The notes beneath the pieces are model-generated. The model was not told where the DNA came from. It searched no databases and was given only the letters and a program-made list of their open reading frames with translations. A stretch of DNA of 64,000 nt from Camelus ferus (lineage: Eukaryota). The position numbers and the translations under genes are program-made. Location of the stretch: NCBI RefSeq assembly GCF_009834535.1, contig NC_045696.1, positions 72,914,001 through 72,978,000 of the forward strand. Direction: 5' to 3'. Below are positions 50,731 through 63,477 of the stretch, one piece after another; within the stretch, counting starts at the first letter, position 1, and every line of letters begins with the position of its first letter.

Positions 50731-53226
50731 CAACTGTGTACTCAGACACACGGATGGGATCAGCTGGAGAGAAAAGAATGAAAAAGAAGACGCGGGATCC
50801 CTGGTTTACAGAGGAGACTATAAAAGAGCAAGTCTGGCTACTCCAGACCAGTTGAGTTAAAACAGGCAAGAGATGCAAGTTAACAGAAGCGGGAAACAAG
50901 CAGCTGACAGTCTAGTACAACATGTATAAATAATCGTATTAAATATTCAGGTGAGGTAAATGCTCGAAGCGAAGTCTAAATACAAACGCTGCAGCATGCA
51001 GGGAGGAGTAGCTTGTCCCCGGTGGGAGGACCAAAAAGGCTCCTAGAGGAGGTGGTGTTGGAAAAGGAGGGTGAAGTATGCGTGGAACCTTCAAAAGGCA
51101 AAAATACACAGCAGCATATTTTGTTAGAGGGAACCATATGGGCACAGACATAGAGGCAGAAAAATCCAGGAAGAAGTTCCGTGGAGCTGGAGGACATGGT
51201 GCTTGGGAGTATGTTATGGGAAAGCAAGATGGAAAAGTGAGTTGGGATCTGATTTTGATTACAGCACCAGCTAACAGGAATGGCACATGGGCCAAGCTCT
51301 GTTTTTCACAAAACTTAGGATAATATATGTATGTGCTTTCTTGCCTATTGTCTGAATCCCCAGTAAAGTGGAAGTTCCATGGGGGAAGGACCTGTCAATC
51401 TCATTTACCGCTATCCCCAAAAGTCTGCTTCAGTGACTAGCTCAACAAATGTTTGTTGAATGAGTACATGAATGAGTGAATTAGTAAATAAAATTTAAAG
51501 CATTTAACCCAGTAGATGGCATAAAATCAGTATTTAATAAATTGTAACTGTTATTCATAATAATAGTCATTCTCATCATCATATTGGGGAGAATTAGAAG
51601 AAAAATACCTGATGAACTGGGGAGATTGGGCCAATTATCTTGTCAAAATATTTTATTACTCGTCAAAGTTCATTGACTATATACCATAAACAAAATCTTT
51701 AGCTAGGTTTTCAAAGTCCTTCAGTCTTTAATTCCAACCTAACTTTTAAGAAGTTCAAGGATCATTCACCATAGGCTGTTCTTCCCTGATCCCTACCCCC
51801 ATATAGCCAACAGTTTCATTCCTCCTAATTTATGTAGCAAATTCAAATGCCTTGGGTGGTGGTGGGGGGGGTAGGTTATTAACATAAAGAAGTTAAGTAA
51901 ATAATAATAACAATATCCAGCATTAGCCCATTCCATAGAGCCAAGCTAAAACAAATTACTCAGAAACAATCTACAGGTAGGTATTATTCTTATTCCCATT
52001 CCCCAGAATGAGTAATTTACCCAAGGTCAGAGTTCCTAGTTGGGGAACTGGGACTTGAATTTCTCCGGAGAACACGTGATGAACCACTCTACCATTTCTC
52101 TGTCCTGGCTGCGCAGCTTCAATGAAAGGCATTGAATCCAAAACTTGGATTTTATTCTGAAGGTGACGATGAGTCAGGCTCTAGCTAGGAGGGAGGACCC
52201 TGACTCTATTCAGGGATCAGCTCCCAATCACAGTTCTCCAGAGCACAGGGTGCCTTTAAGGAGACAAGTCGAGAGAAAGCTGGGAAGTTAGTTGGAAGCT
52301 GGTCCCAGGAAAGTTGTCCTTTACTTGGTAAGAAATGGAGAAACTAAGGGAGTTTGCACAAGGAAGTGCCACAGCTGGTTAAGTACTCCCTGGGCACCTA
52401 TTCTGGGCCAGCCCTGCTCCAGATTCTAGTTGTGTAATTTGCACATGAGTGGTCCTGCACGCAGGGAGTTCACAGTTTGGTGAGGGAGGGAAAGCACACA
52501 CATGCTTAGACATAAAGTGAGGAGAGCCTGACAGACCCCCAGCCAGCCCCATAGAAAAGTGCTAAATTCACAGTCGTAGGCAGCAAGGTGAAAGACCTGG
52601 AGGCCTGCAGCTGAAGGATCCAAGATTCAGCTCCCAGCCCGCAGGCTCCGCTCACAGTCCCCTCGGTGAGTACTAATTGAAGATAATGAAGGCCTTTATC
52701 GCCTCCTCACCAGAAATCTGCATTCCCATTCATATTAACTTCTCCCTGGAACCAGAAATCTCCAGTTGAAAATATTCCCTCAAACCCATCCAGCCTTTTG
52801 CATTAAATTAGCCCTAACTACCTCAGGCTGGCCTCCCCCAGATTCTGGCTGCGTCTGTAATTGTCCTCTCCAAAAGGCTGCAGAAGGAAAGCCTCCTTGA
52901 CGTTGCCTGGGTGTAAAACCTGGACCAGGAGAAAGGTTTTTTTTTTTAAATATAAGAAATCATCTTTAAGAAAAACATATGCTTTTTTTTCATATGCTAG
53001 TTTTACTTTTCACCTGATTACAATAGTTACACATGCAATGAACAACTGTAAACAGTATTACAGAGAATAAATCCTTTCTAACCTCACCTGTCAAAGATAA
53101 CCAGTTAGCAATGTGGTGTCACCTCTGACTTCTGATTTTTAGAATTCTTGGTAAGAAATAGGCAGATAGATAACGTTAATCCACACATACATAAACAAAT
53201 AAACAATACATACAATTTTGCATTTT

Positions 53227-54195
53227 GGGGGAAGCTTTCATTTTTTATTGACATATAGTTAATGTACAGTATTAAGTTTCAGGTGTACGACATAGTGATT
53301 CAACATCTAAATACATTATGAAATGATCACCACGATAAATCTAGAAACCATTTGTCACCATACAAAACTATTACAATATTATTGATTGTATTTCTTATGC
53401 TGTACATTATATCTTTATGACTTATTTATTTTATAACTGAAAGTTTGTGCCTCTTAATTCTCTTCACCCATTTTGCCCATGCCCCCTCTCCCTTTAGGCA
53501 ACCACAGGTTTGTTCTCTGTATCAATAAGTCTGGTTTTGTTTTGTTTTGTTTTGTTTGTTTGCTTGTTTTGTTTTTAGATTCCACATATAAGTGAGATCA
53601 TATGAAAGCTGTCTTTCTCAGCTTGACTTATTTCGCTTAGCATAATATCCTCTAGGTCCATCCATCTTATCACAAATGGCAAGATTTCATTCTTTTTATG
53701 GCTAATATTCTATTGTATATGTACGCCACATCTTCTTTATTCACTCATTTATCAATGGACACTTAAGTTGCTTCCATATCTTGGCAATTGTAAATAGTGT
53801 TACAGTGAACATAGGAGTGCATGTATCTTTTCCAGTTAGTGTTTTGGTTTTCTTTCTTTTTTTTAATTAACATTTGTTTATTCACTCAACAAACAGTCAT
53901 CATGTTTTGGTTTTCTTTGAATAAATACCCAAGAGTGGTATTGCTGGATAATATGGTAGTTCTATTTTTAATTTTTTGAGGAACTCTTCCATACTGTTTT
54001 CCATAGTGGCTGCACCAATTTACATTCCCACCAATAGTGGAGGAGGGTTCCCTTTTCTCCACATCCTCACCAGCACTGGTTATTTCTTGTCTTTCTGATG
54101 AGAGCTATTCTGACAGGTGTGAGGTGATACCTCACTGTGGTTTTGATTTACATTTCCCTGATGACTAGTAATGTAGAGCATCTTTTCCTGTGACT
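53227..54195 (-). mobile_element. L1 (L1MA9/laurasiatherian-type) 3' end, about 970 bp
   Basis: Continuous L1 3' UTR and ORF2 end ('ccatactgttttccatagtggctgcaccaatttacattcccacca'). TSD attttgcatttt at 53215 and 54196. Confidence 0.9.
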
Positions 54196-55193
54196 ATTTT
54201 GCATTTTCCTATCACCAAGCAATATAGCTTTCACTCATTTTTAATGCCATAAAGTTTTCTAGCCTATACAAATCCTATTTAGCTAATCAAATACCACATC
54301 CACAGATAACTGTTTTCCTTCAATTGTTTGTTTATTTATTTATTTTTGCTATGACAAAAGTACTGTGTTTAACCCCCTTGTACATAGGTGTTTGCTCTGC
54401 TGTGCTAACATTACCACGGAATAATTTCTTAAAAGACTGCTCCAAGACCCCATTTTTATTTGAATCAATATTGAAAACACGTTACTACTTACCCCGTTTG
54501 TGCCTCAGGAAAAGTAAAAACAGAAACAGCATATTAATAAATGCCATCTTGCAGCTGTATGATTTACAGTGTGTAGATTCAGATTGCAGGAATATTAGTC
54601 AGAATCCCAGCATCAGACTCAGAATGAACCAGAGAAGGCTGATAGAGGCTTTTAGTTTTAGGGGGCAGATTGAAGAAGCAAAAGACCTTGATGGATAGAG
54701 AAATGCTCTTTTATGGGAAAGGATAAGGTTCTAGTTTGGATAGATTCATTTGGAAATCTCTAATGTTCAGCTGCAAATTTTACAGTGCTTTAAAAACTTA
54801 TCTTGGGGGCCACTACATAGAATACATTGTCATCAGACAAAATGAGTACTTTTGTGGTTAGGTAAGGCACTGCTAGAAGCTCTGAAGGGCAGCTTTTCTC
54901 TGGGAAACCACGCTTGCTTCCAATACAAGAGCTGATGGCTGTGCGCCACCAACACTTAACAGTCACATGGACACTCCTGCACCCAGAGGCTCCAAAATGG
55001 CAGAAAGGAGGGTGCAACACGTTGCTCAACCCAGTCGAAAGACCTGTGCTTGGGCAATGGCTCAGACACTGGCTGGCTGTGCAACCCTAGACAAGCCACT
55101 GAACAAAGCTAAACATCTGCCCCCTTCCTTGTAAAGTGGAGGCATCCACAGGACACTTTCCAGGTATTTTTCAGCTCCGAAAACTGCCAGACT

Positions 55194-55292
55194 GGGGGTA
55201 GGGTATAGCTCAGCGGTAGAGAACATGCTTAGCGTGTGCAAGGTCCTGGGTTCAATCTCCAGTACCTCCATTAAACAAAATAAAACAAAATA
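55194..55292 (+). mobile_element. Camelid tRNA-derived SINE, short-tail form
   Basis: 'gggtatagctcagcggtagagaacatgcttagcgtgtgcaaggtcctgggttcaatctccagtacctccattaaac'. Lacks the CCTAATTACCTCCCCC module. Confidence 0.9.
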
Positions 55293-57167
55293 AACGTGTC
55301 AGATTGTAAGTAGGCTAAAGTTACTAATTTTCAGTGCTGGTGTGTATCAGATCAAACTGGAAAGCCAATGAAGAGCACCGAGGATAAGACCTGGCCCTGG
55401 GATGTTTATCAAGTTCCTGCGGGATTCTCATACTCACCAAAGTTTGAGAACCATCAAATTAGGGGAAAGGACGACAGTCAGAGCGAGTTTTTTTGAAAAC
55501 ATATAGCTATTGTGAGAATTAGTGGGGTGATACAGTAAGATGTTAAGCGATACTAAAATATCTTTATCATAGGGGCCTTATTTACTGAATGACTTTACTT
55601 CTGGGAAGGATAAATTCTTAATTGTGGCCAAGTCTTTTCTGACAGGTAAAAATGTCTCCTGCGTTGGGAAAATTCACCCAGTAGGTGGTTTGCCCACCTG
55701 GCCCTTAGCAATCACTCTCAGGTATTACTGTCTCCTTTTACAGATGTGTTACAGGTCTCTCTGCTGCTGAGAGCACTAATAATACCAATTTTTCCATTAG
55801 GCCAAAGTTTGCAAATCACTTGCGGATTCATTGTGTTTGATTTCACACTCATTCAGTGGGGTAGCAGGACGAGCATCTCTATATCCATTTGGGGATGCTA
55901 ATTTCCCAGGGCCCCCAAATGCCTTCTTAGAGACACTGGACTATATGCCCATTGAGAAGAGGGGAGGATGTCTTGTTCCTCTTGTTTCCTAATCAGCTGA
56001 AATAGATATGCTCATATACATGTACTCATAAAAGAGTAGACATTCATAAGAATTAAATATGGGTACTAACTTTTTGCTACTCTTATTTCCTAAAGATGCT
56101 ATATTTTGATCTCAGCAAAGACTATCTCTGGTTCATCCCCACCAGAACTTAAACTCTGAGAAGCCAGAGATTTTTGTCTGGTTTGTTGATTGCTATGCCC
56201 CAAGTGCCTAGAACACTGTCTGGCTCATAAGACACAGTAATTTTTTTAAATAAACAAATACATTTTTCTTTAATGCCTAACCTAGTGCCTACACCAGATA
56301 TATGCCTACTAAGTATGTGATGAATAAAATACTAAAAGAGGAAAAAACCTTAGATATAAAACCAATAAAATCAAATTATCTCATCTATAATAGAATAATT
56401 ATCAAATTAACATCCAATAGAGACTACTAAATCATCAATAAAGTGACTATATGCTATTTGATTTTCAAGCAGATATATGTATTTCTTTGATTAAAAATCA
56501 ATTTTAAAATTAGATGTATTTTTTCACAAGGTAAGTGAAAAGGCAGCTTTGCAATATGATTAGAACTAAGTAAACTAAAATACATGAATGTGAAAGACTA
56601 GGAGGCTTGATTATGTCAAGATAAATGAGTAAATGGCCAGTTTTTAAGTTCTTTTCTTATCCATATGTTTTGAATTTCATTCACTACATATACATGCATT
56701 GTTTTTGTAATAAGGAAGAAAAAAGAGAAAACAAAAGAAAAATCGATGGCAGGAAATATATTAAAATCCTAACAATGGTTTAATGTGGTGGTAAAAATAT
56801 ATACTTTTAAAAATTATTTTATCTTTGAATGGTTTTGAACTATTTGCATTACTTATTCAACAAAAACAAAATTATCAGACACTTGCAAGAATCTAATTTG
56901 CTATGCAGTCTGAGATATACTCTGCAAAGTCAAATATTTGTCAGTAACTTGAAGCGCACAGAGTGTCAAATTTTGAAAAAGGAAACTTTTACAGGTTATC
57001 AGTAAAAACCATGGCTGTGACTTCCCAGAAAATCCAAGGAACTTTTAGCTATGGGCACCAAAATATGCCCAGAGTGCTGCCGGTGGGGTGGGGACTACGG
57101 GGGTGGCGCCGGGTGGGAGAGCCTCCATGGAATCCTTAATATCCCCAGAGCCCTCCTATGGCAGGAA

Positions 57168-57205
57168 TGATTGATGGATGATATATAATTAATTTCACTT
57201 GACAG
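57168..57205 (+). promoter_or_regulatory. Candidate PBX-HOX + MEIS composite element
   Basis: Overlapping TGATTGATGG (57168) and TGATGGATGA (57172), then TAATTAAT, then TGACAG (57200). Confidence 0.4.
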
Positions 57206-57970
57206 GCATAAAGGAAAGATTTCCCTGAGCCACTGTAACCTGAGCTAATGAAACTCTATTTAACCAAGGGTGTGTATTTAGACTGGATCTTACCTTAGTG
57301 ACTTAGCCATTAGTAGGAATTCACTGTTTACCTTTAGGATTCTTATCAGTACTTAGACTCTGTTTGCATGTGATTTTCACCTGATTGCTCAACGTGCTCA
57401 GCATTATATGATTTGGGAAGAAATGAAAACGTTGCAAGATCACAAAAAGCTAATCTCAACTATCTAATCTGCTTAAAACTTTATGATTTTCTCCTCTCTT
57501 TCAGGATGCATTATGGCTTTCTCTGAAAAGATTCTGTGAACAAACAAGACACCTGTTTCAGATCTTGTAAAATACCAGATCCTTCCAATTCCTTTAAGGT
57601 TTTTGGAGATGCTGGCCCATCTGATTATTTCAGAACACCTCGTCTGATTATTTCTCCAATCCCACTGGGGCAACACCTTTGAGAATCTCCCCTTGGGTCT
57701 GCTGTTCATGAGACCCCTCCTACAGAAAGTTCCAGGAAAAAAAGATGAGCTCTAAGAGCCTGTAAGAAACTTTCAGGGGGCCCACAACTTGTTAACCCTG
57801 GCCAGGGAGCCAGGAGATCTGGATTCTGGTTGTACTTTGCCCTGTCTGTACAACCTTGGACAAGTCAACCAACTTTTAGAGACCTCTAGTTCCTATTCAT
57901 ACCAAGGACAGAATTGAAGTAGATGACCTCTAAATTCTGTTTCAGTTCTAAATTTTGCTTAAAAAAAAAA

Positions 57971-58089
57971 TTGAGGAGGGGTAATTAGGTTTATTTATTA
58001 ATTATTTTTTTAATGGAGGTACTGGGGCTTGAACCTAGGGCCCCATGCATGCTAAGCATACGCTCTACCACTTGAGCTATACACCCCCC
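57971..58089 (-). mobile_element. Camelid tRNA-derived SINE (vic-1-like)
   Basis: 'ggggtaattaggtttattt...atggaggtactggggcttgaacctagg...catgcatgctaagcatacgctctaccacttgagctata'. Confidence 0.9.
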
Positions 58090-59037
58090 TAAAATTTTCT
58101 GACTCAGAAGAAATCCCTCAGTGGCAGGGAGGACCAGGGGGGCTGATGGGACCTACTTCAGAGTAAAAGAAGGGGGGACCTCATGCAGGGTCTAAGGCCC
58201 AGGGGAAACATGAGGTGTTCCCAGCCAGCTCTTCTCTTGGAAAACTGGGATGTAGGAGTGAAGATTCAACACTGCACTAACACTCCTCAGAATAAAAGGC
58301 CTGGTTGCATCAGGTGAGCTGGCATTTGTCTTTCTCCTGGATGCTTGGAGCTGTTTTTATTTCCATGGCAAAGAAGCAAGCTCATAGCTGTGCCACGCTG
58401 AAGTGTGCATGAATAATTAGAGGGCAGTGGCAACTGAACATCGAAAGGATTGGTCCTGTGAGTCCTTGGATTTTGGCAGCCTTGAGAACCCTCTGCACAG
58501 GGACCTGGTCTAGAGCTGCTGCAACGCCATCCAGAGACTGGGCAAGCTGCAAGCCCCAGCACCACCTTCACCATCCCCACCCAAACGTCCTGGCCCCTGC
58601 AAGTGCGCTCACAAGGGGAGGCACAGGTCCGTAGAGGGGAGGACAGAGTGTTCTGGGAGCAGCTTTCTACCCCCTACTCCCTGCCCAGGAACCACAGGAC
58701 AGCCTACTTTGGTCTCCAGGCTGAAGAGGGTTTTTGATGTTTGCTTCATCCTCACTTCTACACATCCTACCTTTGGTGGGAGCCTCCATCCCTCCCGCAG
58801 CTTTCCTTGGGAGCCCTGGCCCCCTGCCTTCTGCCCTCTGCCACGGCCTCAGGTACCTCAGAACTCAGAGGGAGAACCTAGAGTCAGGCCCCATTTCCCC
58901 TTCCCATTCCTCCCTGCGTTCAGTCGCTTCTCCACATCAAGATTGGGTCTGTCTTCCCAAACCATCATGGGATATTACTCACCAGCTCAAAAATTCAGTA
59001 TCACCCTATTTCCTAGTAAACTAAACACAAGTTTCTT

Positions 59038-59044
59038 TTTTCTC

Positions 59045-59086
<42 letters not shown>

Positions 59087-59771
59087 ATACTATATATATA
59101 TAGAAGTATAGTCAGTTTACAATGTTGTGTCAATTTCTGGTGTACAGCATAATGCTTCAGTCATACATGAACACACATATATTCGTTTTCATATTCTCTT
59201 TCACCATAAGTTACTACAAGATATTGAATATAGTTCCCTGTGCTATACAGTATGAACTTGTTGTTTATCTATTTTATATATATTAGTATCTGCAAATCTT
59301 GAACTCCTAATTTATCCCTTCCACCTGCTTCCCACCAGTAACCATAAGTTTATTTTCTATGTCTGTGAGTCTATTTCTGTTTTGCAAATAAGTTCGTTTG
59401 TTCTTTCTCTTTCTGGCTTACTTCACTGTAGAATGACAGTCTCTGGGTTCATCCATGTTGCTGCAAATAGCATTATTTTATTATTTTTTATAGCTGAGTA
59501 GTATTCCATTGTATAAATATACCACAACTTCTTCACCCAGTCCTCTGTTGATGAACATTTAGGTTGTTTCCATGTCTTGGCTATTGTAAATAGTGCTGCT
59601 ATGAACATTGGGGTGCATGTATCTCTTTGAATTAAGGTTCCCTCTGGATATATGCCTAAGAATGAGATTGTTCAATCATATAGTAAGTCTATTTTTAGTC
59701 CTTTGAAGAATCTCCATACTGTTTTCCATAATGGCTGCACCAAACTACATTCCCACCAACAGTGTAGGAGG
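59038..59771 (-). mobile_element. Young L1 3' end (about 730 bp) including ORF2 C-terminus
   Basis: ORF 59423..59608 [41 protein letters not shown] is the L1 ORF2 C-terminus. TSD ctaaacacaagtttctt / ctaaacccaaatttctt. Confidence 0.92.
59048..59102. repeat. (CA)n(TA)n compound microsatellite in the L1 tail
   Basis: Direct read; lies inside the L1 TSDs. Confidence 0.9.
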
Positions 59772-60301
59772 CTAAACCCAAATTTCTTAACCCAACCTTT
59801 AATATTCTGTTATCAAATTCTCTCTAATATATGCCAGGCATTCCAACTCAAATGGAAAATCCCCTCAAAACAGCCCATACTTACCCATCTGCCCACTCTA
59901 CACACACACGCACACACACACTCCACCTTTGCAGAGCTCACACATCCTGCAAAATCCAGCTTAAATGACTCTTCTCTTAGGAAGCCTACCTAGCACCCCT
60001 CAGCCTAAAATCTTCTGAACTCCCTTTACTATCTTATTCATGCCTGTTTGGAGACATTCAGTACCTTCTAGTTAAAATCATTGTATGCCTTTTAAGGAAC
60101 AAAGAATTACTAACAGTCACAACCTTTTCATCTTTGGATATCTGTAGCAGAATATATGCTACAGTAGGCTCTCAATGAATGCCCAGTGAACCAAGAGTAG
60201 AGGTCAACCAGACAGAACAGGCTAATTATTACACACTTCTGGGTTGCTAAGGTGAAAAGCATACTTGAGTACTGGAAATTGGAATCCATGCGCTGGAAAT
60301 A

Positions 60302-61377
60302 CAGTAGTCCCCCCTTATCCACAGGGGATGTGTCCAAGACCTCCAGAGAATGCCTGAAAATGCAGATAGTACTCATCCCTACGTGTACTATGGTTTTTTT
60401 CTATACATACATACCTATGATAAAGTTTAACTTATAAATTAGGTACAGAAAGAGGTTAACAACAATAACAAATAATAAACTATAACAATACTAACAATAT
60501 AGTCTAAAAAATATGTGAATATAGGTGATTTACAATGTTAGTGTCAGGTGTACAGCAAAGTGATTTAGTTATACATATAAATATATATTGTTTCTTTTCA
60601 CATTAACTAAGTACTTATTGCACACTGTGGCTGTAATTTTGCAGTTTGAGGTGCGACAGAAAAGCTAGCACGAATTTCATTTTTTTATTCACAATTCCAC
60701 AGAAGGAAGATTCATTCTTACTGTAGATCTTAGCAACCTCAGCATACAAACTTCTTTCTTCCCTTATTAAGTCAAGAACTTTTACCTTTTCACTTAAAGG
60801 AAGCCCTTTACGGCTTCTCTTGGGCATATGTGAACGGCCAGCATCACTGCTCTTTCACTTTGGGGCCATCACTAAGTAGCGTAAGGATGACTTGAACACA
60901 AGCACTGAGCTACCTCGACAGTCGATCTGATAACGAGGCAGCTACTACATGACTAACAAGCAGGATACTCTGGACAAAGGGACGATTCAGGACCTGGATG
61001 GGATGAAGCAGGATGGTGAGAAATTTCATCACAGTACTCAGAACAGCGTGCAGTTTAAAACTTACGAATTGCTAAACAACAAGTTTATACTGTATAGCAC
61101 AGGAAACCATAGTCAATATCTTGTAGTAACTTATGGTGGAAAAGAATATGGAAACAAATATATATATGTTCCTATACGACTGAAGTATTGTGCTGTACCC
61201 CAGAAATTGACACAACATTGTAAACTGACTATACTTCAATAAAAATATTTTAAATAAGTAAATAAAGCTTATGAATTGTCTACTTATGAAATTTTCCATC
61301 TAATATTTTCAGACGGCAGATGCCCACAGATAGCCGAAACGGAGGAAAGGAAAACCACTGATAAGACAGTACTACAC
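60302..61377 (-). mobile_element. MER44/Tigger7-type DNA transposon with two nested L1 tails
   Basis: TA|'cagtagtccccccttatccacagggga' end and 'gaaaaccactgataagacagtactac' end. Minus ORF MPKRSRKGLPLSEKVKVLDLIREERSLYAEVAKIYSKNESS is a CENP-B/psq-type HTH of a Tigger transposase. Confidence 0.88.
61072..61263 (+). mobile_element. Young L1 3' tail inserted in MER44/Tigger7
   Basis: 'atactgtatagcacagg...ccagaaattgacacaacattgtaaactgactatacttcaataaa'. TSD aaaacttacgaattg / aaagcttatgaattg. Confidence 0.88.
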
Positions 61378-61569
61378 TACATGCTTCTTTCTCTTACAGA
61401 GCAAACTTCTTTCCAGTGAAGGATAAACTGTTCTTCACAAATCAAGATGCTATATACCAGCCACTCTTTTCAGTTACAGATTCTTATGAGAAACTAAGGA
61501 GACCAATAAATCCTTTCCCCATAAAAATATACATGTACACATCCAGACAAACATTCATGTACAATTTAA

Positions 61570-62070
61570 AAATTTTTTATTTGGTAATAATTTCAAACTT
61601 ATAAAAAGTCAAAAAAATAAAATATTATAGAAATATCCATATTCCCTTTACCTGAATTCTATTAACACTGTTTGCATTATCATTTGATCCCTGTAGCTCA
61701 TTCATTCTTGCTCTGTGTGTGTATAGCTATATACATACATACATGTATAACAGTTTTTAAATTATATATAAATGAAATTTTTTTCTGAACAATTTGAGGA
61801 TTGATTACCTACATCAAAGCCCTTTACCCCTAAACACCTCAGTGTGTATTTCCTAAAACAGGGGCTATGACCTTATGTAGTCACAGCACAGTTTCAACTT
61901 TATCCATTTGTATGTTTTTATCTCATTCTCCATCCCTATTCCAGTTGTGCCAGTAGTTCTACAATTTCTCTGCTATCTATTTGCTGTGCTTTGCTCTCTG
62001 TTGCAACTACAGCAATCTTTGAGGAGACACTTTAAGACAATGCAAAGATCATGCTATTCACCAAATTTAC
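61570..62070 (-). mobile_element. Old L1MC-type 3' end
   Basis: 'ggtaataatttcaaacttataaaaagtc...ccctttacccctaaacacctcagtgtgtatttcctaa'. Confidence 0.7.
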
Positions 62071-62439
62071 TTTAGGAATCGCTTGAAGGCATTCACAGAC
62101 CTCTGCAGGCCATCGTGTACTCTGAGTTAAGAATACAAATTACGTGTTTTCTGTTTTTCTCTAGTGGGGCCAGTGAGTTTGCATAAGGTCAGTCATGTGC
62201 ATTTTCCCAGCACTATGTGGATGTTGAAATAAGAAAAACTCCATCTTTTGTCAGCTCTGCAACTTTCCACCTAGGTTGCCATGAGCATTAAATAAGATCA
62301 GAATGGAGAGTTCCTAACTGAGTCCCCTGCACCCGGTCTGTATTTAGTCAATTTTAGTCCCCTTTCCCTCCTTACAAATAATTAAAGGCTGCTGAGGTAG
62401 CGTAATCTGTGCCCAAGGACCCAGAGGAAAGCAATGCTC

Positions 62440-62645
62440 TTGGGAAGCACTGAACCACAGTCTTTGTTGCCACCACGATGATGTGTGGGACCCTGCGAAA
62501 ACTTCTCAACCTCTCTGTGCCTTAGTCTCTGCAACTGCAAACAGGGCTAACATTACCACGTAACCCGCAGTGCTGTGAGGGTTAAATGAATTAATGTGTT
62601 TGGAGTGCCAGGCACACAGGAGGAGCCATGTAAGTGTTAGCTCTT
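62440..62645 (+). mobile_element. MIR SINE
   Basis: 'tcaacctctctgtgccttagt...gctgtgagggttaaatgaattaatgtgt...gtgccaggcacacag'. Confidence 0.75.
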
Positions 62646-63477
62646 GCAGATAGAATGTAAGCTCCGTGAGGACAAGCATCTGGCTCCCTGATACATCCTG
62701 CCTAGAAGAGCGTCCTGCACGTCGACAACAATGCCCCCAAGAAACGACTTAGAAATGCTAAGAAATCAGAAAGGGCCTCGAATTCTCAGCTGAGATACTG
62801 TTTCCTACTTGGCCCGCCATTGCCTGCAGCTGCCTGGGAGAACTCGGTAGACCCTGGTTAGGACCAAACTCTCTGAGGAATACTTTGCTCCTGCTGACTT
62901 CTAGCAGGCAATTCCTTGGCTAGAAGTTTTGCTGTCTTATGGCGGAACAGGAGAGCAAAGGCCAGAAGCAGGTGCAGCCAACCAGTGCAGGCCGAACAGT
63001 CTGGCTGGTGGAGATACTCCCCGCAGGTCCTCACCTCCAGCATGAAGAGGGAAATAGCCACCCTGTAGCCCTGCCTGGTGCCCTTCCTCTTTCCAAAACA
63101 TTTGATCTCCGATTTAACCAGCTTAATTGCAAAGGAGGAATTCCCAAGCGGTAGGTTACTTCAGGAGGCTGTTGTTAGCCAGTGCATATTGAAAGCAAGC
63201 ATTGTCTACAGACTGAATAAACAGTGTGTCTCTTCAAAGATGAGCTACATCCTTAGCAGGCTTGAAGGTGGAGACTAGGATTTCTGAAAGCACAGTTTCC
63301 CAACCCTCATCAAAACTGCTGAAAACGCAGATTCCAGGGTCTCACTTCAGAATAGATAAGTTAGCACTAATGGGGGAGGGGCAGGTAGAAGTGGAGGGGG
63401 TGGGATGGGGAGGTGGGGTGGAGGAGTGGGGTGGTGAGGTGTAGCAGAGCAGCAATCTACCTATTTTTTAAAATCAG

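Noticed and set aside
54786..54866. Candidate + strand exon ending TAG|gtaagg
   Set aside because: Weak acceptor, the longest frame ends in a stop at the junction, and there is no homology.
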